64,000 bases of DNA, from assembly GCA_016708565.1 (NCBI GenBank), contig JADJFN010000037.1, positions 64,001 to 128,000 of the forward strand, given 5' to 3'. A program made the translations under genes and the position numbers. Shown here piece after piece: positions 35,719-51,795 of the stretch. The notes beneath the pieces are model-generated. The model was not told the DNA's origin and ran no database searches. It saw only the letters and a program-made list of their open reading frames with translations. Each line of letters starts with the position of its first letter. Position 1 is the first letter of the stretch. The DNA is from Myxococcales bacterium (GTDB lineage Bacteria > Myxococcota_A > Polyangia > Haliangiales > Haliangiaceae).

Positions 35719-38193
35719 GTGACCAGCTACGCTGTATCCGCTGTATCCGGACCACACGTCGACCAGCAAGCGTCGTCTGCCGCGACGCTCGACGAGCCTA
35801 TCCGTCGTCCCGCGGCGAGCGTCGCCGCCTCCACCCCGTCGACGGCGCCACCCGTGCCCGGCGGCGGATACCAGGCGTACTCGTACGACGTCCAGCGGCA
35901 GGCCGAGACGGCCGTCGGCGCCACCGATAGCGACGCCGTCCACGCCGTCGCGGCCCAAGGCGTCGCCGGGGGTGGCGGACCGCTGCCCTTCGCCGATCGC
36001 ATCGGCGCGAGCTTCGGCGCCCACGACATCAGCGACGTCCGCGCGCACGTCGGGGGCCAGGCCGCCGCCGCGAACGACGCGCTCGGCGCCCGCGCCTACG
36101 CCACCGGCCGCGACATCGCGTTCGCCGGCACACCGGACCTGCACACCGCCGCCCACGAGGCGGCGCACGTCGTCCAGCAGCGGGCCGGCGTGTCGCTCAA
36201 GGGCGGCATCGGCGAGGCGGGCGATCCCTACGAGCAACACGCGAACGCGGTCGCCGACGCGGTCGTCGCGGGACGCTCGGCCGAGCCGCTGCTCGACACG
36301 GTGGCCGGCAGCGGCGGCGGCGGCGGCGTGCAGCGCCAGGCCGTGCAGTTCTGGGACGGCCACGAGCACCGCGCGGTCGGCAACCTCGGCGCCATCCTGG
36401 CGACCGGCAACGCCGAGTTCCGCACCGGCGAGATCAACCGCCTCCGCCAGTCGTTCAACCCGACCCGCCCGGGCGAGACCTTCGACAACCACCAGTTCAC
36501 CCCTGGTTCGATCGGCGCGGGCGGCATCACGCAGTCGAGCGATCCGACGCTGGTGGCGCTCGAGCAGCGCGGCAAGAACGTCAACCGGGTGCGGACCAAC
36601 GATCGCCACCTGACCGACCCCGAGACCCACCAGACCGAGACGATCGAATCGAGCATCTCGTTCGGCGCCGCCAACGAGTTCGGCGGCGACTACAACAAGA
36701 CCCCCGAGGCGCTGGCGCGCGAGCACGACGACGACGACCCGGTCGGCCACGACTTCCTGGTGATGGTCGACGTCGCCACCAGCAACATCAACCACTTCTA
36801 CCCCCTCAACGGCGAGGAGTACCGCACCCACCACGCCGCCGCGGTCGCGCTGGCCCAGCGCAGCTTCCAGGCATCCCAGGCCGGCAACACCGAGCTCGCC
36901 AGTCAGCTGATCCGGCAGGCCATCCTCAAGGAGGGGTTCGCCGCGCACTTCCTGGCCGACACCTTCGCCGCCGGCCACATGGCGCCGCGCGCGCTCGATC
37001 GGATCTCCACCAGCGGCCTCGGCGAGGACGAGCTCGGCCTCAACCGCAGCAAGCACTGGCACGACGCGCTCAACGCCGTCACGGGTTCGCCGGGGTTGCC
37101 CACGACGCGCGGCTACTTCCACGGCGACGACACGATGACGGGGCGCGAGCTCGCGATCATCGGCAACGACGTCGGCGCCTCGCTGCGCGAGATCGTCACC
37201 ACCGCGGCCGGCCGCGCCGAGGCCGCCAACATCTCGCTGGCCGCGCCCAACGTCGGCGAGATCCTGGCCAGCCCCGACTACGGGCCGATCTGGCGCGGCA
37301 TGATGGGCGACTACGAGCAGGACCTGCGGGCGGCCGAGCGCCGCGGCGCGGCCGGCGAGTCGATGACGTCCGATGGTGGAGTCACGACGTCGACCGGCGA
37401 CATCGCGAGCTCGATGCGCAACGGCGTGTTCGGCGGCGATCGCGTCCAGCTGCAGCGGCTGGCGGGCTCGTCGTGGAACGGCAACACCCTCAACTTCACC
37501 GTCACCGTCGAGGGCCGGCCGGCCCCCGCCGGCACCCAGGTGTACGTCCAGTTCTACGACAAGGACCTCGGCTTCGACCGCGCCGCCAGCGGCTACACCG
37601 CCGGCACCCTGGCCAGCGACGCTGGCGCCGGGCTCAACAACACCGACGAGAAGATCGGCGGCCACCAGCTGGTCACCCTCACCGACGGCGGCCTGGGCAC
37701 CGCGACGTGCACCGACGACGATCCCGGCGACGTCTACGCGGTGATCTTCGCGGCCACCTCGCGGCTCGACGCGGGCGAGCACGCCGGCCCGATGGGCACG
37801 TTCCAGCCCACCGAGGTGCCGATCGGCCGCACCGAGACGCAGGGCACCGGCAGCGGGCGGGTCGCGCTGCCGCTGCAGGTGTCGGGGATGTCTTGGTCGG
37901 GCGCGACGCTGCGGTTCCGGGTCAACTCCGACGGCAAGCCCGCCAACGGGCGCACGGTCTACGTCCGCTTCTTCGACAAGGACGCGGGCTTCGATCGCGA
38001 CGAGGAGGGCAACCTGGGTGACGCCTGGGACTCCGATGAACCGATCGGTCCGATGCAGCCGGTCGCGATCAGCGACGGCGCGGGCTGGATCACCGCCACC
38101 GGCGACGCGGTCGACCCGGGCGACACCTACGGCGTGGTGTTCAATGACGAGGGCGGGCGCGTCGCGCTCCGGCGCTCGGACGTCATGCCGTGA
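35719..38193 (+). CDS. DUF4157-like zincin (HEAAH) domain protein with two C-terminal ~100-aa tandem repeat domains; polymorphic-toxin/eCIS-cargo-like
   Basis: 824-aa [71 protein letters not shown] is the DUF4157 signature. Internal duplicated modules [36 protein letters not shown] and [35 protein letters not shown]. Confidence 0.8.
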   Translation: MTSYAVSAVSGPHVDQQASSAATLDEPIRRPAASVAASTPSTAPPVPGGGYQAYSYDVQRQAETAVGATDSDAVHAVAAQGVAGGGGPLPFADRIGASFGAHDISDVRAHVGGQAAAANDALGARAYATGRDIAFAGTPDLHTAAHEAAHVVQQRAGVSLKGGIGEAGDPYEQHANAVADAVVAGRSAEPLLDTVAGSGGGGGVQRQAVQFWDGHEHRAVGNLGAILATGNAEFRTGEINRLRQSFNPTRPGETFDNHQFTPGSIGAGGITQSSDPTLVALEQRGKNVNRVRTNDRHLTDPETHQTETIESSISFGAANEFGGDYNKTPEALAREHDDDDPVGHDFLVMVDVATSNINHFYPLNGEEYRTHHAAAVALAQRSFQASQAGNTELASQLIRQAILKEGFAAHFLADTFAAGHMAPRALDRISTSGLGEDELGLNRSKHWHDALNAVTGSPGLPTTRGYFHGDDTMTGRELAIIGNDVGASLREIVTTAAGRAEAANISLAAPNVGEILASPDYGPIWRGMMGDYEQDLRAAERRGAAGESMTSDGGVTTSTGDIASSMRNGVFGGDRVQLQRLAGSSWNGNTLNFTVTVEGRPAPAGTQVYVQFYDKDLGFDRAASGYTAGTLASDAGAGLNNTDEKIGGHQLVTLTDGGLGTATCTDDDPGDVYAVIFAATSRLDAGEHAGPMGTFQPTEVPIGRTETQGTGSGRVALPLQVSGMSWSGATLRFRVNSDGKPANGRTVYVRFFDKDAGFDRDEEGNLGDAWDSDEPIGPMQPVAISDGAGWITATGDAVDPGDTYGVVFNDEGGRVALRRSDVMP

Positions 38194-38216
38194 TCGTGGC
38201 GCGCTGATCGAGGCCG

Positions 38217-39902
38217 ATGTTCGCCTGCGTCGCGACGACCGACGACGGCCGCCTGGCGGTGCTCACCGCCGGGCGGTTGACGCTGTACGACCTGGCCACC
38301 GGGAGCGCGGTGGTGGCGGTCGACGTCGACGGTGACCGCGTCGTCGCCATCCACGGGCACCTGCTGGTCCACGGCGGCGACGCGGCGCGGAGCGCGCTCA
38401 CCCTGCTGGCGACGCCGGGGCTGAGCGTGGCCGCGCGCCTCGAGGTGTCGGCGCCGACCCGGCTGGTGACCGGGGCTGGACGTGTGGCGGTGGTCGAGCG
38501 CGGCGATGAGGCGCTGATCGCCAGCGGCGCGGGCGGCGCGATCACGCTGGCGTCCCTGCGTCCGCCGGCGCTGTTCGATCTGGCGTTCGGGCTCGAGGGC
38601 GACGAGCTGCTGACGTTCGGACCGCGCGGCACCGAGGTGTGGGACGTCGCGCGCCGGCAGCCACACCGTCGGCTGGCGCTCGAGCTGCCCGACGCCACCG
38701 TGGCGTGCGGCGTGACCGCGCGCAGCGCCGCCCTGTGGATCGCGACCGACGCCCCCGCGCTGACCACGCTGCGCTTGTCGGACGGCCGCGCGGTCGAGCT
38801 GGCGCTGGACGCGCCGCCGCGTCGCGTGCGCAGCGACCCCCGCGTCGCGTGGCTCACCGCCGAGGTCGGCAGCGTCACGGTGGCGATCGACGTGAGTCGT
38901 GGCGTGGTCGCGCCGCTGCCCGCCGACCTGGGCCCGGTGGTGGCGGTCGCGCCGATCGGCGAGCGATCGACGGCGTGCGCGGTCGCGCTGGACGGCGGCG
39001 CCTTGCGGATCGTGCGGCTCGGCGAGAGCGGCGCCGCGGAGGTGGTCGCACGGCGTGAGGTCGCGGCGGTGCCGCCCGCGGCGATCGCGCCCGCGGCGAT
39101 CGCGCCCGCGACGCCGGCTCGACGCTCGGTGCATGAGCAGCTCGCCGCGCTGGGGCTCGCCCCCGCGGCGGTCGCGCCACAGGCCGCGGCGGTCGCGACG
39201 CGAAGTCATCGCGGATGGCGCGACGAGCTGCTGGCGTGGACCCGCGCGCCGGTGGGGCCGCCGCCCGCGCTGGGCGGTTCGCCGCTCGCCGAGCTGCACC
39301 GGCGGCTGGGTCACGCGCCGGCCACCTGGCCCATGATCTGCGCGCTGTACGGCGCGTGGCTCGAGGGCGACGACGCGGGTCTCGCCAGCGCGCGCCTCGC
39401 CGACCTCGCCGCGCCGGCGGAGGAGCGCTGGGACGCGGCGCTGGGAGGGGTGCTGGCGGCGGGCGGCGTCGCGATCTGGCGGCGGGGCCGCGCTCGCCTC
39501 GCGCCCGCCTATGGCGACTACCTCGACGGCCGCGGGCCGCGGGCCATCGAGCGCGTGGGCGCCGCGGCGCCGGTGGCGGTCGCGCCGCCCGGCGGGCGCT
39601 ACACCCTGGCCGTCGACGGTGGTCTCGCGGGCGCGGTCCGCGCGCTCGCCGCGCAGCTGGGCGAGCTGGGCTTCTATGCGCCCCGGCCCGGCGCCCCCCC
39701 CGCGCTGGCCCGGGCCCGCGTCGAGGCGTGGCTGCGCGGCTGGGCGCTGGCGACCACCGCGCCGCTCGCGGGCGTCGCGACCCAGCCTGGTGAGTGCCTG
39801 ATCTGGTTGGCGGCGCCCGCGCACGCGACATCGCCGAACGCGCCGCCGCCGTGGCCTCACGCGACCGCGGGCAGCGTCACATCGGCAGGGCGCGGCATCT
39901 AG
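38217..39902 (+). CDS. hypothetical protein downstream of DUF4157 gene (candidate cognate/immunity protein)
   Basis: 561-aa ORF 24 nt after the toxin-like gene. Ala/Leu/Gly-rich but with structured segments. The antisense frame 38127..39860 is R-rich and rejected. Confidence 0.5.
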   Translation: MFACVATTDDGRLAVLTAGRLTLYDLATGSAVVAVDVDGDRVVAIHGHLLVHGGDAARSALTLLATPGLSVAARLEVSAPTRLVTGAGRVAVVERGDEALIASGAGGAITLASLRPPALFDLAFGLEGDELLTFGPRGTEVWDVARRQPHRRLALELPDATVACGVTARSAALWIATDAPALTTLRLSDGRAVELALDAPPRRVRSDPRVAWLTAEVGSVTVAIDVSRGVVAPLPADLGPVVAVAPIGERSTACAVALDGGALRIVRLGESGAAEVVARREVAAVPPAAIAPAAIAPATPARRSVHEQLAALGLAPAAVAPQAAAVATRSHRGWRDELLAWTRAPVGPPPALGGSPLAELHRRLGHAPATWPMICALYGAWLEGDDAGLASARLADLAAPAEERWDAALGGVLAAGGVAIWRRGRARLAPAYGDYLDGRGPRAIERVGAAAPVAVAPPGGRYTLAVDGGLAGAVRALAAQLGELGFYAPRPGAPPALARARVEAWLRGWALATTAPLAGVATQPGECLIWLAAPAHATSPNAPPPWPHATAGSVTSAGRGI

Positions 39903-39907
39903 CGGTC

Positions 39908-42412
<2,505 letters not shown>

Positions 42413-42422
42413 CGGCGCTGGG

Positions 42423-43445
42423 TCAGCGCGGCAAGAGCGTCGGCCACACCGCGCCGCTGCGGGGATCGGTGAGCGTGGTCTGGTCGCGGTAGACCCGCGC
42501 GGTGCGGTGCAGCGCGGCCAGCGCGCTGGTCAGCGGCATCGACTGGTAGCGCTCGGGCCAGTGGGCGAGGATCCGATCGCGCACCAGCGGGGCGTGGCGG
42601 GTGCTCATCGCCGGGAACATGTGGTGCTCGACGTGGTAGCCGAAGCCGAGCGTCAGGAACACCAGCGGGCGGGGCAGCGTGACCGACAGCGAGTTCACCA
42701 GCACGTCGTTGACCTTGGGGGTCAGGGGGCTGAGGCCGTGGTTGGTGAGGATGAACGCCATCACGATGACGTTGGCCAGCACCAGCGGGATCGCGAACAC
42801 GAACAGGAACGCGAGCGGGCCGACCAGGAACGCCACGGTCAGCCACATCGCCACGCCGAGCGCGCTCTCGACGAACGCCAGCGTGTGCTCGCGGCGCGAC
42901 ATCCAGCCCCACCGCCGCACGGCGAACAGGATCTGCGCGCTCTGCACCGTGAAGCCGAACATCAGGCTGAGCACGCCGGTCCAGCGCCGGGCGCCCAGCG
43001 AGAAGCCGTCGGTGACCAGCCGGACCAGCCGGCTCTGCTCGTAGGTCGACAGCTCCGGGTACATGTCGGGATCGAGGCCGGGCTGGTTGGCGTGGGCGTG
43101 GTGCTCGCGGTTGTGCCAGACGCACCACAGGCGCGGCGACACCACGAACGGCGCGAAGCCGATCCACCCGACGACCTTCTTCAGCACCTTGTTGCGGGTG
43201 ACGCCGCCGTGCAGCGTCTCGTGCGCCAGGAAGGTGATGCCGCCGAAGCCGATGCCGATGGCGATCGAGGCCAGCGGCACCAGCGCCCAGGGCAACCAGC
43301 CGTTGGCGATCGCCACCGTGCAGGTGACGATCACCGCCAGGTGGAAGGGCAGCCACAGGAGCCGCGACGTCGCGGGCGCGAACGCCTCCGCGGGCAACTC
43401 GGGGCGAACGGTTCGTACGTACGCTGACAACGGCGACAACTGCAC
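42423..43445 (-). CDS. membrane fatty-acid desaturase family protein
   Basis: Histidine boxes HETLHG, HNREHHAH and HVEHHMFP, with four TM segments. Confidence 0.85.
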   Translation of the reverse strand: MQLSPLSAYVRTVRPELPAEAFAPATSRLLWLPFHLAVIVTCTVAIANGWLPWALVPLASIAIGIGFGGITFLAHETLHGGVTRNKVLKKVVGWIGFAPFVVSPRLWCVWHNREHHAHANQPGLDPDMYPELSTYEQSRLVRLVTDGFSLGARRWTGVLSLMFGFTVQSAQILFAVRRWGWMSRREHTLAFVESALGVAMWLTVAFLVGPLAFLFVFAIPLVLANVIVMAFILTNHGLSPLTPKVNDVLVNSLSVTLPRPLVFLTLGFGYHVEHHMFPAMSTRHAPLVRDRILAHWPERYQSMPLTSALAALHRTARVYRDQTTLTDPRSGAVWPTLLPR

Positions 43446-43530
43446 ACGGTGATCGTGACCACTTCTGGGGTCGGGATGGTCACGATCCCATCATGGCGCT
43501 GTCATGTGCGGCCTATGCCGCACCGCGTGA

Positions 43531-43785
43531 TCACTCGGCCGGTTCGGCGTCGCCGGGGCCGATGTCGCAGGCGTCGACCGGGTTGCGGTGGTCCTCGGGG
43601 CACTGCTCGAGCGGGATCACCGAGTGGGTGGCCGTGCCCTCGTCGTCGACCGCGATGCAGCAGGTGACCTCCTGCGGCACGTCGTCGGGCGCCGGGCCAG
43701 CGGGGGCCTTCTTGGCCGGACCACCGCAGGCCAGGGACAGGGAGACGAGCGAGGCGAACAGGAACGCGAGCTTCATGGGCGGCAT
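43531..43785 (-). CDS. small Cys-containing lipoprotein
   Basis: Internal Met of track ORF 43531..43812: MPPMKLAFLFASLVSLSLACGGPAKK, with a lipobox. Confidence 0.45.
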   Translation of the reverse strand: MPPMKLAFLFASLVSLSLACGGPAKKAPAGPAPDDVPQEVTCCIAVDDEGTATHSVIPLEQCPEDHRNPVDACDIGPGDAEPAE

Positions 43786-43914
43786 TGCGCCATGAACGCT
43801 CCCCGCGTGCAAACATTACGGGCGCCTGCGGCGCGGCCGTGGGGGATGAACGCCGGGCCCGGCGTGACGTCTAAGCCTTCGTTGCGCCACCCGTCCGACG
43901 TCTCTATCTTCCCG

Positions 43915-44526
43915 ATGTCCATGCCCCGCATCGTCGCTCTCGCCTTGGCGCTCGGCCTCGTCGTCGCCTGTGGGGATCCGCCCCCGTCGAAGTACCCGAC
44001 CCAGGCGTTCTACGTCGAGGACACCCGGCTCGGACCCGACGATCAGCTCGACATCGCCGTCTACCTGGGCGGCGGCTCGCAGAAGCTCGAGGACGTCAGC
44101 AAGGTCTACCCGGTGTCGGCCGACGGCATGCTGTCGTTCCCGATGATCGGCACGGTGGCCGCCAACGGCCGCAGCCCCAAGGACATCGAGGGCGAGATCC
44201 GCACCCGGCTCGCCGACGGCTACATCGTCAACCCCAACGTGACGGTGCAGGTGAAGGAGTACAAGAGCAAGAAGGTCTCGATCACCGGCGAGGTCCGCAA
44301 GCCCGGCACGCTGATCTGGCGCCCCGAGATGACGATCAACGAGGCGGTTTCGGAGGCCAACGGCTTCACCGCGATGGCCAAGCCCAACGCGGTGGTGGTG
44401 ACCCGGCGCACCGCCGACGGCGTGGTGAAGTACACCGTGCCGGTCGAGCGCATCTTCAACAACCGCTACGATCAGTTCTACATGCGGCCCGGCGACTCGG
44501 TCTACGTGCCGAAGCGCCTCTGGTGA
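43915..44526 (+). CDS. polysaccharide export protein (Wza/EpsY-like Poly_export plus SLBB), lipoprotein
   Basis: Internal ATG of track ORF 43588..44526. MSMPRIVALALALGLVVACG lipobox. PDDQLDIAVY...VYPVSADGMLSFPMIGTVAANGRSPKDIEGEI...VQVKEYKSKKVSITGEVRKPG motifs. Confidence 0.75.
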   Translation: MSMPRIVALALALGLVVACGDPPPSKYPTQAFYVEDTRLGPDDQLDIAVYLGGGSQKLEDVSKVYPVSADGMLSFPMIGTVAANGRSPKDIEGEIRTRLADGYIVNPNVTVQVKEYKSKKVSITGEVRKPGTLIWRPEMTINEAVSEANGFTAMAKPNAVVVTRRTADGVVKYTVPVERIFNNRYDQFYMRPGDSVYVPKRLW

Positions 44527-44541
44527 GACGGGTGGGCCGGC

Positions 44542-46860
44542 ATGCGAACGCGTGATCGCGTCGCGCTGGGCGCGATCGCCGCGACCCTCGCGCTGGCCGG
44601 CGTGCTGGTCGGCGGCGCCACCCGGTGGGCGGCGTGCGTCGCGGCGCTGGCCGCGGTGGGCGCGGCCGCCGTGCACCTCACGTCGCGGCGCACCGGCCGG
44701 CCCGGACCGCTGGTCGCGCTGATCGGCGTCGCGCTGATCGCGACCGCGGCGCAGCTGATCCCCCTGCCCGAGGCGATCGCGACGATCGTCGCGCAGGAGA
44801 AGTGGGCGCTGGTCCGCGATCGCGCGGCCGCGCTCGGCGAGGCCGGCCCGCGCTGGGTGGTGGCCTCGCAGGACCCGCCGGCGACGCTGGTCGAGCTCGC
44901 CAAGCTGCTCGGCTACCTGGCGCTGGCGTGGAGCGCGACCCGGCTGGCGTCGCAGCGGCGGGCGCGGCCGTGGCTCGCGGCGGCGGTGGTGGGCGCGGCG
45001 ACGCTGATCGCGGTGATCGCCCTCGGCCATCGGCTGGTCGGCGCGACGCGGCTCTACGGGGTGTTCACGATGCCCAACGCCGAGGTCGTGCCGGCACCGC
45101 TGATCAACGAGAACCACCTGGCCGGGCTGACCGCGATGGTGGTGCCGCTGGCGCTGGGGCTCGGGCTCGGGTGGCGCGGTGGCAAGCGGATGGGGGCGTT
45201 CGCGGCGGCGCTGGTGCTGGCCGGCACCGCGCTGCTCACCGCCTCGCGGGGGGGCGCCGTCGGGCTGGTCGCCGGGGCGGTGGTCGTCGGCGTGGTGCTG
45301 GTGGCGCAGCGACGGGCCGGCCTCGCCGACGACAACCGGCGCGCGCCGGCGTCGATCACCGTGCCCGCGATGGTGGTCGCCGTGTGCGCGCTGGTGCTGT
45401 TCGGGTTGGTCTCGGCGCGCGGCGTCGCCCGCGAGCTCGATCACACGCAGCTCGCCGAGCTGGCCGAACCGAGCAGCAAGTACCAGATGTGGACGACCGC
45501 GGCGCCGATGATCGTCGAGCACCGCTGGCTCGGCATCGGCCACGGCGCGTTCGAGCCGGTCTACGCGCAGCGCAACCCGGTCGACTACTTGACCTACGGC
45601 TACGTCGAGAACACCTACCTCCAGGCCGCGATCGACTGGGGCGTGCCCGCGACGCTGGCGTTGGTGCTGGCGCTCGGCGCGCTCACGCGGGCCGCGGTGA
45701 AGCGGTGGCGCCACGGGCCGATCGAGGCCGGGGCGCTCGGGGCGCTGGCCTCGATCGCGATCCACGACGTCGTCGATTTCAGCCTGGCGATGCCCGCGGT
45801 GGCGATGGCCGCGATCGCGATCGCCGCGCTGCTGGTGCCGGCGCGGCTCGGCACCGACGAGCACCGCGCGCCGGTGGCGCGGGCGGTGCTGGGGCGACGC
45901 GCGGGCCTGCTGGCGGCGGCGGCGGCGGTGGTGGTGCTCGCGGCCACGCCGCTGGGCCGCGGCTTCCGGGTCGAGCGCGCCGCGCTGCCCGCCGGCGCGT
46001 CGCCAGCGGAGGCGCTCGCGGTGCTCGAGCGTCACCCCGCCGATGGGCTGGCCGCCGGTCACGTCGCGGCGGCGCTGTACGCGCGCCGCGATCCGCGCGC
46101 GCTGCCGATGATCCGCCACGCGCTGGCGCTGCGTCCCAACCACGGCGGGTTGCACCTGCTGGCCGCGCGGATGATGACCTCGACCCAGCGCCCGGACCAG
46201 GCCGCGGGCCAGTACGCCCAGGCGATCGTCTACACCCGGGCGATCGATCCGATCATCGACGAGATCCTGGCGCGGTTGCCCGGCGTCGGCGCCGACGGCG
46301 TGCCGGAGGCGGCGCGGGCGCTGCCCGACGATCCCCGCCACGTCGGGCGGGTGTGCAGCGCGCTGGCCGCGCGCGGTCGCCACGACGTCGCGCTGGCGTA
46401 CACCGACGCGATCGCCGCTCGCGACCCCGACCGCGCCGACGTCCAGCTCAACCGCGCCGCCGCGGCGCTCAAGCTCGGTCGCTGGGCGATCGCGCTGGCC
46501 GCGGCGCGGGCCCTCACCGGGCGCATGCCCGGGCCGCGGCCTGCGCTGATGCAGGCGTTTGCGCTCGACGGGATGGGACGCCAGGCCGACGGCGTCGCGA
46601 TCCTGGCCGCGCTGCCGCCGCCCGACACGGCGGCGGAGCGAGGGGAGGTCGCCCTGTACCTGGCCCACCTGCAGTCAAAGCTCGGTCGCCATCCGGCGGC
46701 GCGGGAGACGCTGATCGCGGTTGTGGACCAGCTCGATGGCTCTCCTCGGCTGGAGGCCGAGCTGCGCAGGCTGCTCGCGGTGGTCGAGGACGCGCTCGGC
46801 CACACCCAGGCCGCCGCGTGGGAACGAAAGCGCGCCGCCGAGCTCATTGGCTCTCCGTGA
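44542..46860 (+). CDS. O-antigen ligase/Wzy-like polymerase fused to C-terminal TPR domain
   Basis: ~12 TM segments with the Wzy_C-like stretch LTASRGGAVGLVAGAVVVGVVLV. The C-terminal 250 aa are TPR-like. Confidence 0.7.
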   Translation: MRTRDRVALGAIAATLALAGVLVGGATRWAACVAALAAVGAAAVHLTSRRTGRPGPLVALIGVALIATAAQLIPLPEAIATIVAQEKWALVRDRAAALGEAGPRWVVASQDPPATLVELAKLLGYLALAWSATRLASQRRARPWLAAAVVGAATLIAVIALGHRLVGATRLYGVFTMPNAEVVPAPLINENHLAGLTAMVVPLALGLGLGWRGGKRMGAFAAALVLAGTALLTASRGGAVGLVAGAVVVGVVLVAQRRAGLADDNRRAPASITVPAMVVAVCALVLFGLVSARGVARELDHTQLAELAEPSSKYQMWTTAAPMIVEHRWLGIGHGAFEPVYAQRNPVDYLTYGYVENTYLQAAIDWGVPATLALVLALGALTRAAVKRWRHGPIEAGALGALASIAIHDVVDFSLAMPAVAMAAIAIAALLVPARLGTDEHRAPVARAVLGRRAGLLAAAAAVVVLAATPLGRGFRVERAALPAGASPAEALAVLERHPADGLAAGHVAAALYARRDPRALPMIRHALALRPNHGGLHLLAARMMTSTQRPDQAAGQYAQAIVYTRAIDPIIDEILARLPGVGADGVPEAARALPDDPRHVGRVCSALAARGRHDVALAYTDAIAARDPDRADVQLNRAAAALKLGRWAIALAAARALTGRMPGPRPALMQAFALDGMGRQADGVAILAALPPPDTAAERGEVALYLAHLQSKLGRHPAARETLIAVVDQLDGSPRLEAELRRLLAVVEDALGHTQAAAWERKRAAELIGSP

Positions 46861-46964
46861 TTTCAGGTACATGGGACGCAGCCAAGGAGCTGGATCTGCT
46901 CCCACAACTGTCGCAGGATGTGCGCCTGAACGCCCCGGACACCATGGGCGTCTAAGGATCCACT

Positions 46965-51139
<4,175 letters not shown>

Positions 51140-51235
51140 CCGCGTCGCACGCGCGTGTGCGGCGCGCCACGCCTCGGTGATTTTCTCGGGGTGCGGCGGC
51201 TCGTCGCAGCGGGGCGGGCCGGGTATCGTGCGCCG

Positions 51236-51694
51236 ATGCGCCGTACCCTCGCCTCGCTCCTCGCCTCGACCACGCTGCTCCTTGTCGCCTGTGGCGACGA
51301 CGGCGGCTCCACCCCGCCCATCGACGCGCCGGTGTCGATCGACGCGCCGGGCGCCGTCGATGCGCCGGCGACCATCGACGCGCCGGTGGCGATCGACGCG
51401 CCTGCGGCCACGACGGTGGTCGAGGTCCCGTGCGCCGGCGCCACCATCGCCAGCGAGGTCAGCGCGCCGGGCTTCCAGTTCACGATCACCGACAGCACGA
51501 TCGCGGTCGACGCGATCGTGCGTTTCACGATGCCGCTCTCGCACAGCGCCGTGAGCGGCAGCCCGGCCGGCACCAACGACGGCAAGTTCACGGTCAGCTT
51601 CAACGAGACCAAGTGCCTGCGCTTCACCGCCGCCGGCACCTTCCCGTTCTGGTGCAACCCGCACCAGTTTACCGGCTCGATCACCGTGCAGTGA
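51236..51694 (+). CDS. lipoprotein with (I/V)DAP repeats and C-terminal cupredoxin-like motif
   Basis: Internal ATG of track ORF 51155..51694. MRRTLASLLASTTLLLVACG lipobox. Repeats IDAPVSIDAPGAVDAPATIDAPVAIDAP. C-terminal FPFWCNPHQFTGSITVQ resembles a type-1 copper CxxH site but has no Met. Confidence 0.5.
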   Translation: MRRTLASLLASTTLLLVACGDDGGSTPPIDAPVSIDAPGAVDAPATIDAPVAIDAPAATTVVEVPCAGATIASEVSAPGFQFTITDSTIAVDAIVRFTMPLSHSAVSGSPAGTNDGKFTVSFNETKCLRFTAAGTFPFWCNPHQFTGSITVQ

Positions 51695-51795
51695 TCCCGC
51701 CGCGCTGGTCGCCGCCCGACGTGTAGGTGCGGCGGGCGCCACGGCCCCGCGACCGGCGCTTGTGCGGGGCCGGCCGCTAGGCGATCCTGTCGGCC

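Noticed and set aside
35377-37782. 801-aa minus-strand ORF
   Set aside because: Antisense to the DUF4157 gene. Gly/Arg/Ala-rich.
38127-39860. 577-aa minus-strand ORF and 318-aa ORF 38875..39831
   Set aside because: Arg/Pro/Gly-rich antisense frames of the 561-aa hypothetical gene. The plus-strand frame has the more protein-like composition, though its call is itself only moderate confidence.
43816-46668. 950-aa minus-strand ORF
   Set aside because: Arg/Gly/Asp-rich antisense to the wza-like and wzy-like genes.
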